From Tubiluchus corallicola (taxonomy: Eukaryota; Animalia; Priapulida): a stretch of DNA of 64,000 nucleotides. Below, piece by piece: positions 1 through 50,598 of the stretch. Below the pieces are notes generated by a model. It saw nothing but the letters and a program-made list of their open reading frames with translations, was not told the DNA's origin and made no database searches. Position numbers and translations under genes: made by a program. Within the stretch, counting starts at the first letter, position 1, and every line of letters begins with the position of its first letter. The stretch is taken from NCBI GenBank assembly GCA_030141605.1, contig JAQGDQ010000011.1, forward strand, positions 492,066 through 556,065, read 5' to 3'.

Positions 1-67
1 CCAAACACCGTTCCTGGCTTTATAGTGTTTATCCTGTTTCCTCCTTTGAGTACCTCCATAAGACCAT
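1..67 (-). CDS. PRKG1: cGMP-dependent protein kinase, exon 3 (cNMP-binding domain A; runs off window edge)
   Basis: Acceptor tttctag|AT; translates (D)GLMEVLKGGNRINTIKPGTVFG, in phase with exon 2; leads into the FGE motif of a cNMP-binding domain. Confidence 0.9.
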
Positions 68-652
68 CTAGAAATATTTATTAAAAAATTACCTATTAGC
101 AGTTAGCGAGAAGCCGACACTTTTTTCACACTTTCTGGATAAAATGTTTGTGATTTATTTCTGAAGTTTTTTCGATTAAGTGCGGCATGGTGATGGAAAT
201 AATCCAGCTGACGTGATTTACAGAAAATTGTTTAGCGAAATTTACACAATAAATTTGCGAGTGATTAGATAGTGATGCCTATTACGAAATGACAACGTAA
301 AATAATCTTATTATTTCGGGATAAGAAGATTAATAAGATAGATTAGTTGGGATAAAATCGCAATTTGATAGGAAAACAAACGCCCGCGCGTTCTAGAGAA
401 TAGAGAATAAAATAGCTCTATTTTTTCACATTTTAAAATTGTTGGTAGTGGTAATTTATTGTCAAAAAACTAGTTGATATAAAGTTTACCTAAGTAGGTA
501 AAATTGTAAACATTAAAGCTGTACACACATTCCCGCCTATAAGTGACAAATTTAGTTGAAAAAAATATTTATAAAACTGTACAAAACTTCATGTACGTGA
601 ATATATTTTGAGACTTTAGTACTTTGAGACTTTAATAATGAATTTTCCTTAA

Positions 653-1151
653 AGGAGAAAATGGAATTTTAAAGTATATCCCATCGAAATTTCCATGCAA
701 AGTTATATTACTTAACATTACGCTTGCCCGTTTGAAAATCTGATGTAATTGAAAAAGAAAATGTTCGTGTCAACTGGTAAAACTGCTTCGCCGTCCCAGT
801 GTGCACCAGTGTTAATTCACGAAAAATCACGTTTTCCATTTTGTCTACAATATTAAGTGATTGAAAGTTTTCCTTAGTTAGCGAAGAGCTACGAATGCCC
901 TGATTATTTCTCAAACTCTAAGCAATATTATCTAAATTTCTTGATCTGAAGTTTCTGAATTAATCTGAATATTATTCAAACTACTTGCTAGCAAAATGCT
1001 CCTACCTGTCAACACGGGAGTTTAAATTCACAACTTCTATACAGTATTACTGCTAACACAAGCTCTGTATGCAATAAGATAGCATGTACGTGAAACAAAA
1101 TTTCAAAACGAATTTTACAAGCTTTATTTAGGAAGAGTGCTTTTTTGTACT
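653..1151 (+). mobile_element. TTAA-flanked non-autonomous element, family A (Kolobok-like)
   Basis: ttaa|aggagaaaatggaattttaaagtat...gtact|ttaa; related copies at 7464, 23815(-), 24542, 30880, 34872, 37675(-). Confidence 0.7.
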
Positions 1152-1607
1152 TTAAGTATGTGTAATTGAAAATTTTACGTTTTAGGGACAAAATCCAAGT
1201 TTTTTACTTAACACATTTTAAAAGGACGAGCATAAAAATTTAGCCCAATACTACTTTTAAAATCCGTGATTTACAACGTCCGTTTTAGGTGTCTGAAACC
1301 ATGTAAATCACCACGTTTCATATAAAAATTTTTTCCAGACGTTTGGCTTTGATAACTTCAGAACATTTTCTAATTGGACAATGCTTCGCGTGTAATCTAG
1401 TAGATTACGCATGGGCTTCTCTTTCTACGTGTTTTCTAACATTTAACGCAGGTTTAAAGTTTTTTTTGGAGTATGGCGTGTTATGCTTTTTTACTTTTCA
1501 TTAACGCTGCGTGTGGCTTCTGTTTTCTTTGTTGGTTTAGCACTTCGCTGTTTAGTGTTGCCTTGATAACAGTTACATCTCAGTAATTGCATTGTCGCTC
1601 CACCTAC

Positions 1608-1774
1608 CTTCCATCACGTAAACTGATGAACCTTCTTCGCCTTCTCTGATGATAATGCTGCCTTCTTTGTGTTCCACGCTGAACATTATGGCTACAATGT
1701 CGTTTATTTGTGGCTTCTCTAGATGCTTCATGAATTCGTTTTCCAGTATGGCGTTCTTTATCAAATCTCTTGTT
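1608..1774 (-). CDS. PRKG1: cGMP-dependent protein kinase, exon 2 (start of cNMP-binding domain A)
   Basis: ttacag|A ... G|gtaggt; TRDLIKNAILENEFMKHLEKPQINDIVAIMFSVEHKEGSIIIREGEEGSSVYVME matches the PKG pattern IKxAILxNxF...IIxEGxxGSxVYVME. Confidence 0.93.
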
Positions 1775-1903
1775 CTGTAAAAGACAATCTTGTTCTGTAA
1801 ATCTTACTGGTGATGGGGAAAACGAATTCTTAAAATGAAAATAGCATTTTCTTCGGTAGATTGTTGCCTGGATCATGAGCATGCTATGGTTGAAGTTGCT
1901 TAA

Positions 1904-2503
1904 AGGAAAACCGGTTCCAGTCTATCTTAAACTTAAGTTCAAAACAATCTACTCTGTGAAATATTTAAAGAGAACGCACTATTTTTTCATGAATGGGTTA
2001 CGTGAAAGAATTATTACCACTGAAACTTAATTTCGTGTTCTTCGTTGTTACAGACATTTCACTTGGTAGATGGACAGTAGCTCCTGCATCTTGGTAACGC
2101 GTTGCACAAAAAACAGGTCCTGAGCCTTAAAGTTCAGAGATGTTCAGTTGTAACGTAATGCACATGTTCGAGAGCTCATGTGTGAACACAACTTTAAACG
2201 TGAAATATGAATTATAAACTTAAAGTTATTGTGCATCACACTGACTGTTTTACAGTAGCACTGTACTTCAATTTTCGCTTCCGCAAAAACGTGCAACACG
2301 CTCATGAAATGTTTGTGCTGTTGAAAATTATGTTATGTTGTGAGGTAATCATTAGCTGAGCTCGTCTGCCGTTAATTAAGTTTTAACCTATTACTTAATT
2401 ATCAGAAACGCATTGGCATTAACATAGGCGTTAAAGTGTTTACTTTTACACTTTTACCGTACTTCAAAACGGGGTAAGATATGAAAAATCATCCTGTTTT
2501 CGT
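1904..2503 (+). mobile_element. TTAA-flanked non-autonomous element, family B (Kolobok-like)
   Basis: ttaa|aggaaaac...gttttcgt|ttaa; related copies at 10479, 31340, 38395(-), 39465(-), 41385. Confidence 0.7.
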
Positions 2504-2559
2504 TTAAATGAGTGCTGGCAGTTACTCTTGTTAGCAATTTCTTACGCGATTTGGCGAAT

Positions 2560-2820
2560 TGCATAATGACCTGCACTCACGGCTAAGAGCTTTAAGACCT
2601 GTTTAACGTAAACGGTTGTGGCTGGACCAGAAATTAGCTCTTTAACAAGGCTAATTCTTTAAGCTGGCAAGTATGCACTTTATTCAGTAAGATATGTGGC
2701 TGTATATGGTAAATGAAATTGACCAGGGGAATGTATCGAACATACCGATGACACATTCATTTACTGATTAACCGCAGCATTGCCCAACTTCGGTCACTAA
2801 ACACGCGCTGTGACCTAAAG
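2560..2820 (-). mobile_element. Degenerate 5S-derived SINE-like copy
   Basis: Minus strand reads accgaagttgggcaa, similar to the 5S box A region and to the 4975-5270 element. Confidence 0.3.
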
Positions 2821-4974
2821 GTTATTTCGTTACAATGATAATAATGGCTATGAAGGTGACTGATAATGTGATAATGATAATGGTATTAATAATCAGGTCT
2901 AACTGCATAATTAATGCAGCTGGACAACGAGAACGAGGAATTACGTCCGAGACTTTGGCGTTTCAAATAATTTATACAAAATTCCTTAAAATGTTTCGGA
3001 CTTAAAAATGCTGGTCCGCGTATTGGGCGGTGGCGCCACCTGCCGACGCATAGGGCTATCAAAAGTTACAGATGCAGCAAAGAATGATTTTAAAAATAAT
3101 GTGCCAACCATTTAGTGTAAAATATAATTTTAGGTGTAATTTTAATGTATAACGTAACTTGTGATTTTAGAAACAAAAGTAATTTTGGGGTGAAATCTAA
3201 TTTAATATATTTAATGTATAGTGTAATTATTATTATTATTATTATTGAATTTCTATTGTACAAAAAGTGCAGTTTGTAATTAAAATAGTCGACAATTATA
3301 AAAAAAAAACATAAAATACAATATTAAAAACTAGCACGAAATACCGTATTCCGTGCTAATAATGTAATACATGCAATACATATAATGTAGTGTAACATGC
3401 ATGTGTGATGTTGTGTAATATACACACACATATATATGGACACGCGTGCGTAGTGTAGTGTAATGTATAGCCTATAATTGTAGACAGTAATGCCGGAAGT
3501 AGTTTTATGGGTAGAATAATGATAACTAATAGTTTTTTTTCTTCTTTTCTTTTTCTTGTGTGCTTTTTATTGTAAATTTATTTGTTTTTATATGTACGTA
3601 GAGTGTATTTTTATACAAATGTGTGCAAATTTTATGTGTAACGCAATGTAGTAGTTTTAACTCATTGAATAAATTATTACACATTATTTTTAAGAGTAAG
3701 ATTACTGAACGCTCTGTGTTAGTGTTACTGATTCGGTAATGATTTAATAAGCATCTTTTTAGCAAAGAAAGTGTCATTTGTCATTAAATAGTGCAGAGCT
3801 AGTTCAATTCTTTGGTGTTTGCAGCCATAAAGATCGCCCAAGCACAACGTCGAACAAACGTCATCTGGTCAGATCTTTTCAAAAAACGTCAGTTTTTACA
3901 CTTACATACACGGTTTTCAAGTTATTAAGCAAGGATAATGCGTGTACAAATGTGCTTGATAAATTTGATATAGGTCAGATAAAAGTGGGACACGTGATGA
4001 GCACGTGAAAGTTTGTTATATATTAGGATACACTTTTGCCATAATCGCTATTTGCATTGCTATATATAGAAGCGAGATACTATGCAATATCAGAAAATCA
4101 ATAGCATCATAGGATCTACTTGTAACATTGAGAAATGCGGCAAATTAATGGTTCTCAATGGTGTGAACAACTTTTAGTGTAAAGAGAAAGTTTTTAGAGT
4201 AATGCACGCGTAAGCTATATCTATTTTAGTAATAGCAAAATCCATTTAAAACCCACGTTTTACACGCTCGTAGTTGTAGAGAAAGCATTACGGAGTGGCA
4301 ATTCAGTGAGAAGGTGCTTATAGTACACTCCCTATCCTCATAATCAAATTCTTTGCAAAAATAAATGGCATGTGCCTATTGACTTGAGCAAGATTACTTA
4401 AAGTCAAACTGACCCTTGATGTAATCTTTTACAGCGTAAAATGCTAGGATAAAAAACAATATTATAGTGTGGAAGTCTTCACGGATATGTACACATTCGA
4501 AATTTGAAATAAAAATGAAAGTTATTTAACTTATAAGATTGTTTCATATAAATTAACTATAAATTGCTATAACTATAGCTAATAATATGTTAAAAATCTT
4601 CAACGTTTGTCGCTGTTGTATAGACCTTTGATTAAACTTTTCCGAAAATGTTGGCAACATGTTAGAAAAGAATATCGAGATTTTTCAGCTGTTGGTGAAA
4701 TTACTGCGAGCCCTCTAATAATATTCATAGGCCTATAGTTACACTGGTTAATAAAATTCATGGTTAATAAAGAAAATTTTATTACTTTGAAATACATTCA
4801 GTATTGGTCTCTTTATGTCGCGCTTGGTATTTGTTTTTAAATAAATAAAATTGTTGTTGTTGAAAGTACCGTTTAAAAACAGCTCATTTTGGAAAACTTA
4901 TTGCTGTAAATACCATTTCTGCTCCATTTTTTGGCTTTATCAAAAAGCGGATATAGAACCATTTTGTTTATTAC

Positions 4975-5270
4975 GAGGTGATAGTCAAGTGGTACCGAGG
5001 TGTGCTTGGCAGCCGAAGTTAAGAAACACGACACCGGTCAGGTGAATGGATAAACGACTGTCTGATTCAACGCTCACTGTGGGCGATTTCATCATTCACC
5101 GTACCGATTCTGACTGTTTACCGCATTGAGGCCGAAGCATGGCTGATGTACAGCTGTCGATCATCCTAGAGAATTAGCTTTAATAATAGGATTACTGTCC
5201 ATTGTAGGCTTCAGCGGACCACAAAGGGTATGTCATTGAGTGCTGGACTGCAAAGTGCTGATGCATATAT
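4975..5270 (+). mobile_element. SINE-like element with a degenerate 5S rRNA-derived segment
   Basis: ccgaagttaag...ccggtcag...tggat...gac...ctgtgggc follows the order and spacing of the 3' half of 5S rRNA. Confidence 0.45.
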
Positions 5271-5279
5271 AAAGAAAAT

Positions 5280-5939
5280 TCCGCAACTGACTTCTATATA
5301 TCAGTATATTCAATATGAAAAAGAAATTTAAAACATTCTTATCTCCCCTTATACTTGAAAAAATGACGTAAGCTGGTGGACAGCACGGAAGAATTACATT
5401 GATTCTACTACACTATTTGATTAAATTTTTGTGTCTAACTGAATCTAACTTTTTGTATGTCTAAGAACTACACATGGTATAATTATCGATAAGCGTGATA
5501 TTCTGAGGGGCTGCGAGCAAGGTGCCGTGTGGATTACTTAGCTTATAGAGTTTAATTTTAGCTTGTTAAAGTAATTACTCTGTTACTTTGTCAGCGTCAA
5601 CTAGACGAGTTTGTTACCATTATCGTCGGTAACTGGTTTTCTTTACATAGTGGGCAATAAGATTGATCAAAAATCAAAAAACAGTATTAATAATCTCTTG
5701 TTTAACGTTTTTGTTTGTTTATAGTTGATAATAGCAACTGCACCGGCAAAAATGTTAGTTCAAGCACCTGGCGGAATAAATGTTTATACTGAACGGTAAC
5801 CGGATGAGGCAATTTTTCGTTCAAATGATTAATTGCTAATTTCAAGAGGTGCTTATCGTAGTTTTATTGCTGAAACTTTTTAACACTTTTCTCAAGTAAT
5901 TAAAATCATCTCAACTTCCCGAGAGACTTTGCTTTTGCT
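5280..5939 (+). mobile_element. TTAA-flanked element, family C (5'-truncated)
   Basis: Collinear with 29201-30029 and 46378-47164(-); ends ttttgct|ttaa. Confidence 0.65.
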
Positions 5940-6070
5940 TTAATGTATTTGTTCACAGTTGTGCCATTCTAGTACCATTAATTAAATGTATTGACTTAAT
6001 AAAACTAAAACAAACAAAAATCATAGACACAGTTTTTAAAAATGAGAAATAAATAAGATTATTAACTTAC

Positions 6071-6441
6071 TTTTTATCTTTATCATGTCGCTTGAGTTTC
6101 GTGGTCGTTAGCTCGTGTATTCGATCATATTTTTGTGGTTCCGCTGAAATTCCAAAATTTCTTGTCTTTCTAGCGGCGTTCTTCCCAGCAGGACGAGTGA
6201 AAACTGACTGGAACTTGTCCAACTGGGAGGTCAGTTTCTCAATGGTCTCGTCTCTCTCTTGCAACGTCCTTTGCAGGTCTTCAATGATGGCTTCCTTCTC
6301 TTTGAGGAGTTTCGCCCAGCTTGCTTGCTGCATGGCCGCCATTTTCTTGCCAGAATAATGGAAGGCACCGGACGGCAGTTTATGCAAAAATCGAAATAAT
6401 TTCACCTTTGGAGGTTCCGCCTCATAGGTTGGGGAAGACAT
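6071..6441 (-). CDS. PRKG1: cGMP-dependent protein kinase, coding exon 1 (leucine zipper and pseudosubstrate)
   Basis: Heptad coiled coil LLKEKEAIIEDLQRTLQERDETIEKLTSQLDKFQSV, autoinhibitory RKTRNFGISAEP, donor AA|gtaagt; phase 2 matches exon 2. PKG family is clear, the paralog assignment less so. Confidence 0.9.
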
Positions 6442-7016
6442 CGGAGTTTCATCCTAGTAAATATGTCACAAGTATCCACAACTGGTTTCTCTCTGTTACC
6501 ACGTGCAACAAAAAGGGAGAAATGCAGAAATTTTCTTTGGAATTCCAAAGAATTAACTCTGTGTTGTATTGGGAAGTTACCAAGCACTAGAAAAGAACCA
6601 AAAGAAAATTTTCATTTAACATTCTGTCACGTATTCATTCCATGTCTCAAGCCCGACTTTGACACACTTGTAGAACCGCGAAGTGTCGCTGCTATCAAAC
6701 TTAGCTTTGTCGTTGCTCAAATACCTTCACTGGCTGTGCACTCTAAAGGTTGCCTTCTAACAAAATTTGTTTTGCACGTCAGCCAACTATAGCAGCCAAA
6801 CAAAATCGTACTACGAGCTTTGACCTCCATTATACATCTGATGTAAATAACCTTTAGATTGTGTACAAATTTGTATGTTTGCAAGTTTGTACCAAATTCG
6901 TTAAACCGGTTGATGCTGGAAGAAACAGCGACATTATACGCAAATTAATGAAGGATTTTGTGTCATTATTATTATTAAATTACTATTATCATTACTACTA
7001 CTACAATATTAATGAC

Positions 7017-7304
<288 letters not shown>

Positions 7305-7463
7305 AAAACTGTTTTTAACTTGGTCTGTCTGCCGATTTTGAGTTACACATGTTATCATCTTAAGTTATGAATAAAAAAACGAAAAATGAATAAGTCATGA
7401 ATAAGCAAAACAAATTTAGTTCTATTCATTTCAATTTGCTAGTTATGTAAACTGTTAGATTAA

Positions 7464-7942
7464 AGGGGAGGAAAATGGAATTTTAAAGTATAACCCAAAG
7501 AACTTTCCATACAAATTTATGTTACTTAGTATATGTATTAAGTTTATCTGTTTCACAAGCGAATATAAGAAGAGAAAATTCTAATAATTTAAAATGTTCA
7601 TGCCTCCGTGGTAAAACATCACTGTATCACCATCCCAGTGTGTACCACTAACTCACCAAAAACACATTATTGACCTTATTGACAATATAAAGTAATTGCA
7701 ACTTTTGCTTAGTTAAGGAAGAGTGTGTTGCGAATGCTCTGATTATTTTTAAATTTTAAGCAATGTTATTTAAACTTGTTTCAAACGACCGTTACCGTTA
7801 AAATAGCTGCGCCTAAGTCGCGGGAGTTTTACACAGCGTTACTGCTAACGCAAGTTCCGTATGCAAGAACACAGCATGTAAGTGATATAAAATTACAATA
7901 TGAATTTTTAAGCCTTATTTAACAAGAGTGTTTTCATGTACT
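7464..7942 (+). mobile_element. Family A Kolobok-like element
   Basis: ttaa|aggggaggaaaatggaattttaaagtat...gtact|ttaa, collinear with 653-1151. Confidence 0.7.
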
Positions 7943-9414
7943 TTAAATATGTAGTTCCTTGATCATTTTAAACCCGGTTTTGTGTAAAAGTTATTATTTT
8001 ATTTTAAGCAGCTGGTTAAGTATATAGCAGTTTGTTAAGCTACTAAACTAGCGTTTACCTTTTCTAACGGTTCTAGCGGTAGTTGTCCGTTCACTAAGAT
8101 AACATTTCTATAAATAGTTGCAGGATTTCATATACTAAAGTCTTGTTTAACTAGTGTCTCTTTAGCAAAACACAACAAACACTAGACGATACTCAACCCG
8201 CCAATGTTTGAACAAAGTTGTTTTCTCAGTTTTACACTTTTAATCCATAGTAAGATAGTACGTATGTAGTTAACTTCCGGATGTGTTATGAGGCGGTTTA
8301 TATCAGATCATATACAGCTATATAAGACTTTCCCATGCACCGGATATCACGAAATATTGCTCAAGTAAAACATTCAGTATTTGTATCGTGTGGTGGGGCG
8401 ATTGTACTGTGACTTCTGTTTGCACGGGAAACTTATTTTGCATTGAAGATGTCAGTAACTGAAGCAGTAATCATTGTAATGTTTTCAAAATTCAGAAATG
8501 AGCTTTTGAGTTTCTGCATATAAGCTGGTCTACTAAAGTTGAAATAAGTGTTTAAAATTCAAAGCAGTTTTCGCATGTTCGATCAAAAATCGCAAGTGGA
8601 AAACATTTTGTCAACAAGTTTTCCTAAATTTTCGTACAACTCTAGTTTAACGTGTGCCAGAAACCTAGGATTACACTTTTTCGAGAAAATTAAGCCTGCT
8701 ATATGAATTTTTAAGTCTGCCTCCTTTCTATGGAAATCCTGTCCAAACAAGCCAGTTTATAAGTTTTTGACCTCAGTATACTAGAGTTACTGGGTTAACA
8801 ATTTCCAAAGCCTGGCATTTATAGAAACCCAAGAGTAGAACGATTACATGCACTGTAAGCCACTATTATAAAAATTCTGAATACTTATATAAGTTAATGG
8901 TTTAGAGGCAGCACTAGTTCCACAGAACTTTAAATTTCTTTTAACTGCAAGAGTCTGACATTGAAGTTTTACCTACTCTAAGAGTTACGTCACTAGTAGC
9001 TAAATTATAGTGTAATGTTTCAGTAAAATTAACAATGCATTTAAATTATCCATGGTAATACAGTTAAATGCAGGTAATACAGCTGAATGAGGCGCATTTT
9101 TGTCACCCATACCACGCTTACGGCTTGGCTAAGTCGAAAATTTTGGTCCAGTCGATGATAGCACTTTTTTGGGTTATTTGCTTGTGATGTAATCTTATAA
9201 AGAGATCTGTTTCGCCATGATGGCGGTGACGTCATAATAGAGATCGCAAGGTAAGTTTTTTCGATAAAACGGATCCATGGCAACGCAAATATCCAGGCAG
9301 TTGAGCAGAAAGCTCACTAGGGACTAGTCTTCGCATTTTGAACTAGTCTTGGAAAATTGTGTTAGCTCTCTGTGCGATTTTTAAAGTGGTTTGTTACTAT
9401 TAATGGTGATAATA

Positions 9415-9571
<157 letters not shown>

Positions 9572-9872
9572 GTAACTTTTATGACAGCGTGCCGGCGCAA
9601 TAGCGACGGTTGTGCAGCGCATACGTAGGAAAATCACGTAATACGTAAATACGTAAATAATAACAATTCAGCTATGGTATAGTTACGTTTTATTTCCTAA
9701 ATTGACTAGAAACTCCATTTGCAATCGTGTAACAATTGTAATAACATATAAATATTTATTTATACTAAAAGTTTCTAAAAGTAATAGCAAAATCAAATAT
9801 ATAAAAATGAATAAAAGCCTAATACAGGCTGTTCATAAATAGCAGTCACTCCTCCACTGTTGTTCAGCTGTA

Positions 9873-46223
<36,351 letters not shown>

Positions 46224-46377
46224 TTTAGATGCCCCGAATTTCGGTCGTTCTGTTCTGCATTACTCCTTCGTTCCTTGAGTTTTTTCTCCTAATGACAAAA
46301 AAATGTTAATAAGTTTTTACGCTGATTGTTCTAGAGACGTGAACTTCGTTTTTAATGTGAGAGTCCTAAATGTTTAA

Positions 46378-47164
46378 AGGAAAAGCGAAGGCTCTCGAGA
46401 AATTGAGCTTATTTTAATATTTGGGAAAATGTTAGAAAGTTTCAGCAATAAAACTGTGACAAGCGCTTTGTGTAATTTCTAAAATCAACTTAAAGTTGCG
46501 ATCACTTCACGCTTGGCAGCGCTGATTCTGAACGAAAAATGGCGTCATCTTGTAATATAAACGCTTATCCCGCCAGGTGCTTGAGCGCACTTTTTTGCAA
46601 CTATTGTCAACTCTAAACATCCAGAGGAATTATTAATGCTATTTTTTCCCTTTTGATGAATCCCGTTCCCCACTATGTAATCAAAATCATTTAACGGCGA
46701 TAATATGATAACATCAAACTCACCTAGATAACCCACACAAAGTAGCTGAATTATTATTTTAGCAAGTTAAAGCTGAACTCCATAAACTCGCCTTTAATGT
46801 ATGCTCTCAGCCCCTAACAATTCCATGCTTATCTATGATTATATCATGTGTAGTTCTTAGACATTTTATGGTAAAAACCTGTGGATTAAAGTTATGCAAA
46901 CACTTTGAAGTTGTTGCTAATTGATCGGGTGACTAATTTTTACAAAAACTCGATTAGACGCAATGATTTAATCAGCTAGAATAGAAGAATTTCTGATATT
47001 CCTTTGTGTTGTCCACCAGCTTACGTCATTTTTTCAAGCCCACAGCGAGGTTCGTTTGGCAGGAGATAAGAACGATATAAATTTCTTTTGCATTTTGTGC
47101 ATTTTTCAATATTTCTAAGTGTATATCAAAATGCAATGAACGTTGTTCAAGAGTTGGTTTTCCT
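46378..47164 (-). mobile_element. Family C Kolobok-like element (reverse)
   Basis: ttaa|aggaaaagc ... ggttttcct; reverse complement of 29201-30029. Confidence 0.72.
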
Positions 47165-47949
47165 TCAAGTAGACTATACAACAAGATCGCAGCAGAACTG
47201 GTAGGGATTCTCACACTCATCTCTACGTCGTGTTAGAGCTACTGAATCAAAAATACAGAGGTTGACAGTTCCAGGGATTTTATATAGGTTGGTATGTGTA
47301 CCCTGGAACACGGAGTTCAAAGCTCGTGAGCTCCTTCTTTTCTTAGTCAGTTGAAGTTTCGAAGAAAATGTTAAGAAAAACTAAGCACCGTAAATTAGTT
47401 TTTTTTCTATTTTGAAAGGCAATTTTTGTGCGCTGATTTGTCCTTTAATGAAAGCATACATGGCAGTGATCCTAACTTCTTTTGGCTTTACGTTTTATTT
47501 TACGTGTTTTTAAATTTCGGGTTGACTTAAACTTTTTAAAAGGGTAAAAATTTTCAAAGCATCACTCCGCAAATTCGAAATTCCGCGTATAACTTTACCA
47601 ACGCGAACCTTTTGTGAATTTCGATTCATCTGCAAAACCTTCTACACATTTTTACTTTTGCTTTTGCTATTTGACCTTTTTGCTTCTCATTGTAGACCTT
47701 GCGTTTTGTATCGAAATTCGTTTGTTGCCAAAATCAACCGACAAATTCCTAATGGTTGCGTCCTGATCAATAGAATGGCATCAGAGAACTTTCTGACACG
47801 TAAACTACGTGTGCATACATTAGCCAGCTACTGATAACTGTGAAGCCACCTCGCTGTTTCTTGCTCTGCAGTAACAAGAACTTTGTCAATTTTCACTTGC
47901 AGTAAAGAAATGCAACCCTAGTTGATAGCTGACAGCAATATGTAATACG

Positions 47950-48303
<354 letters not shown>

Positions 48304-48342
48304 AGGCTTTTATTTTTCATAAAATGTTACTATTCTCCATGT

Positions 48343-48488
48343 AGTTCGCCGCTACTACCGTTCGCCACTATTGCAGTTCGCCAGTAAAATTTCTTTGCTA
48401 TTGAAGAGTAGTAGTGACGAACCGTCGCAGTGGCGAAACGCAGTAGTGGCGAACCATAGTGGTGGCAAAGTGTGCGCTGGCGAAGTGA
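48343..48488. repeat. Inverted array of about 16-bp units (gttcgccactact / agtagtggcgaac)
   Basis: Three forward units, a spacer, then five reverse units. Confidence 0.7.
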
Positions 48489-49019
48489 TACACAATCACT
48501 TTACAATACTATAAACTGAAACAATATTTAAACATCAAAACATGCTATTTCAATTTAAAGTACAGCTGCAAACAAACTTACAATACATCAATAAGAACTT
48601 TAATTACGACAAATCTTTGGATACTAATAGGTGTGTAAAAGAGAGGAAAATTTTTTGTAGTAAATATATTTGAAATGACAATAAAACCAATAGAAAACGG
48701 TAAAGATAAAATACTAAAGATAATATACATTAAAAGTAGATTTAGATAAAAGTATTACAGTTGCTCTTTTTCATTTTCTGTTTTCATTTTGGGTCTAGCA
48801 AACATGCATTTCATGTGTCTAAGACGCTGCCCCATTTTACTTTTTGGAGGTAGGAGATAATGAAGTTGATGAGTCGGCTCACATGTCTTGCTGAACAATT
48901 TTGAATTTTCATTATATGATGATAAAGGCCCTGATTAAGTTAGTGAAAGTATGCCTTTTGTGCTTTTATATATATATAATATAATATATATATATTGGTT
49001 GAAATAACCTGTATTCGAA

Positions 49020-50090
49020 TTGACACTGCATGCTCTGCCTGAATTTCATGAGAGATTTAAGCACTTGTGTTCACACAAAAACATTTTCCTTTCCAATGTA
49101 CTTGAATTGAATTCTGTTACATTATTCATTGCTTTGCACAGGTAGGCGAGGTCTCATAATCAATTTGTGTGGTAAACTTGCCAGCCAAGTGTAGAGTGCA
49201 CTGCTTGTTACCAATTAACAATTACGTGAAAATAGTTTACACAGTTGGTAAAAGTGCAAGTATATCACTGTATAAATGCACATAGATACAAAAATGCCTG
49301 TTAAAAGTCTTTCACACTCGAGCAACGTTTACTAGAGTAAGATTAGTACGCTTGGCCACTAGTATAAAATGTAAACTTTGCGGTTTTACAAGGTGAAGTT
49401 GCCACTCTAAAACAAATAAGCGCTGGTCAGGTACCACCACTGCTGGTTGATAAAATTAAAAGAAGCGATAAAAACCTTTTAAACTGGCTTAAAATAACTC
49501 AGTATTCCAGGTTTTGCAACAGACTGACAACAGGATGTTGCCAAGAACAGTCTTCTGGGGTTCCTCAAGGTTCATTTTTGAGACCCACTATATTTTTTAC
49601 TTACATCAACACTGCTGATGAGAGTGTCAATGTTATCAAAATTATGTGGCACCCAAAAGGAAACAAATATTTCAAGAAGTTCACTGCAGCCACTTTCTGA
49701 ATGGCAAATATTTCTGCATAAAAAATTAGATTGTTGAGCTGCTAGTCCAAGAGAGAAAAACCCAGAAAGCTGGATAAGCCTGAATATCCATTGGATAACT
49801 GGATAAGACTGAATTGCTATAACGTTGTAACAACAAGCCATAAAACAAATGTCAGGTTAGGTATGATCAGCAGTAACTGTAGAGTAGTGCAAGAAGTTAA
49901 TTCAATCAAATATATTTTCACACACCATTGGTACGTTCAAGAATCAATTGCCTTGCATCAGCATGCAATCTTCAGGTTTTTAGAGACATTTATCTCTTAC
50001 AATGGAGCCGGAGGATATTGAAAGAGACAAAGAACTTTCGATACTGCAGTTGATCATCCCGTTTAAATTTCTAAGCTAATAAACAGGTGC
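49020..50090 (+). pseudogene. Highly decayed CR1-like reverse transcriptase fragment
   Basis: tctggggttcctcaaggttcattttt... reads SGVPQGSFL followed by a YIN-like motif; many frameshifts; boundaries approximate. Confidence 0.6.
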
Positions 50091-50387
50091 ATAAGGGTCT
50101 TATAAGGGAATTTAAATTAGAAAAAAAGTTACGGCAACGTTTCATTGTTGGTGTTTTCTTTATAATGAAGGAGTATCGTAAAGCAAAAAAAACACAACAT
50201 GAACCAGCGCATGCGTATAAACGCAAGGTTAGAAAATGTTTTTTCAGCAACCGTATTGCTTATCAACGGCTTAATAAAGCATTTGAAGGTATCGATATAG
50301 CAAACCTCAAAAAGCCACATCAATGAAGCAAAGGATAAAATCTATCATAGCCTTGTGAAAACTGCAGCCTGTATAATTATGGAGTAT

Positions 50388-50598
<211 letters not shown>

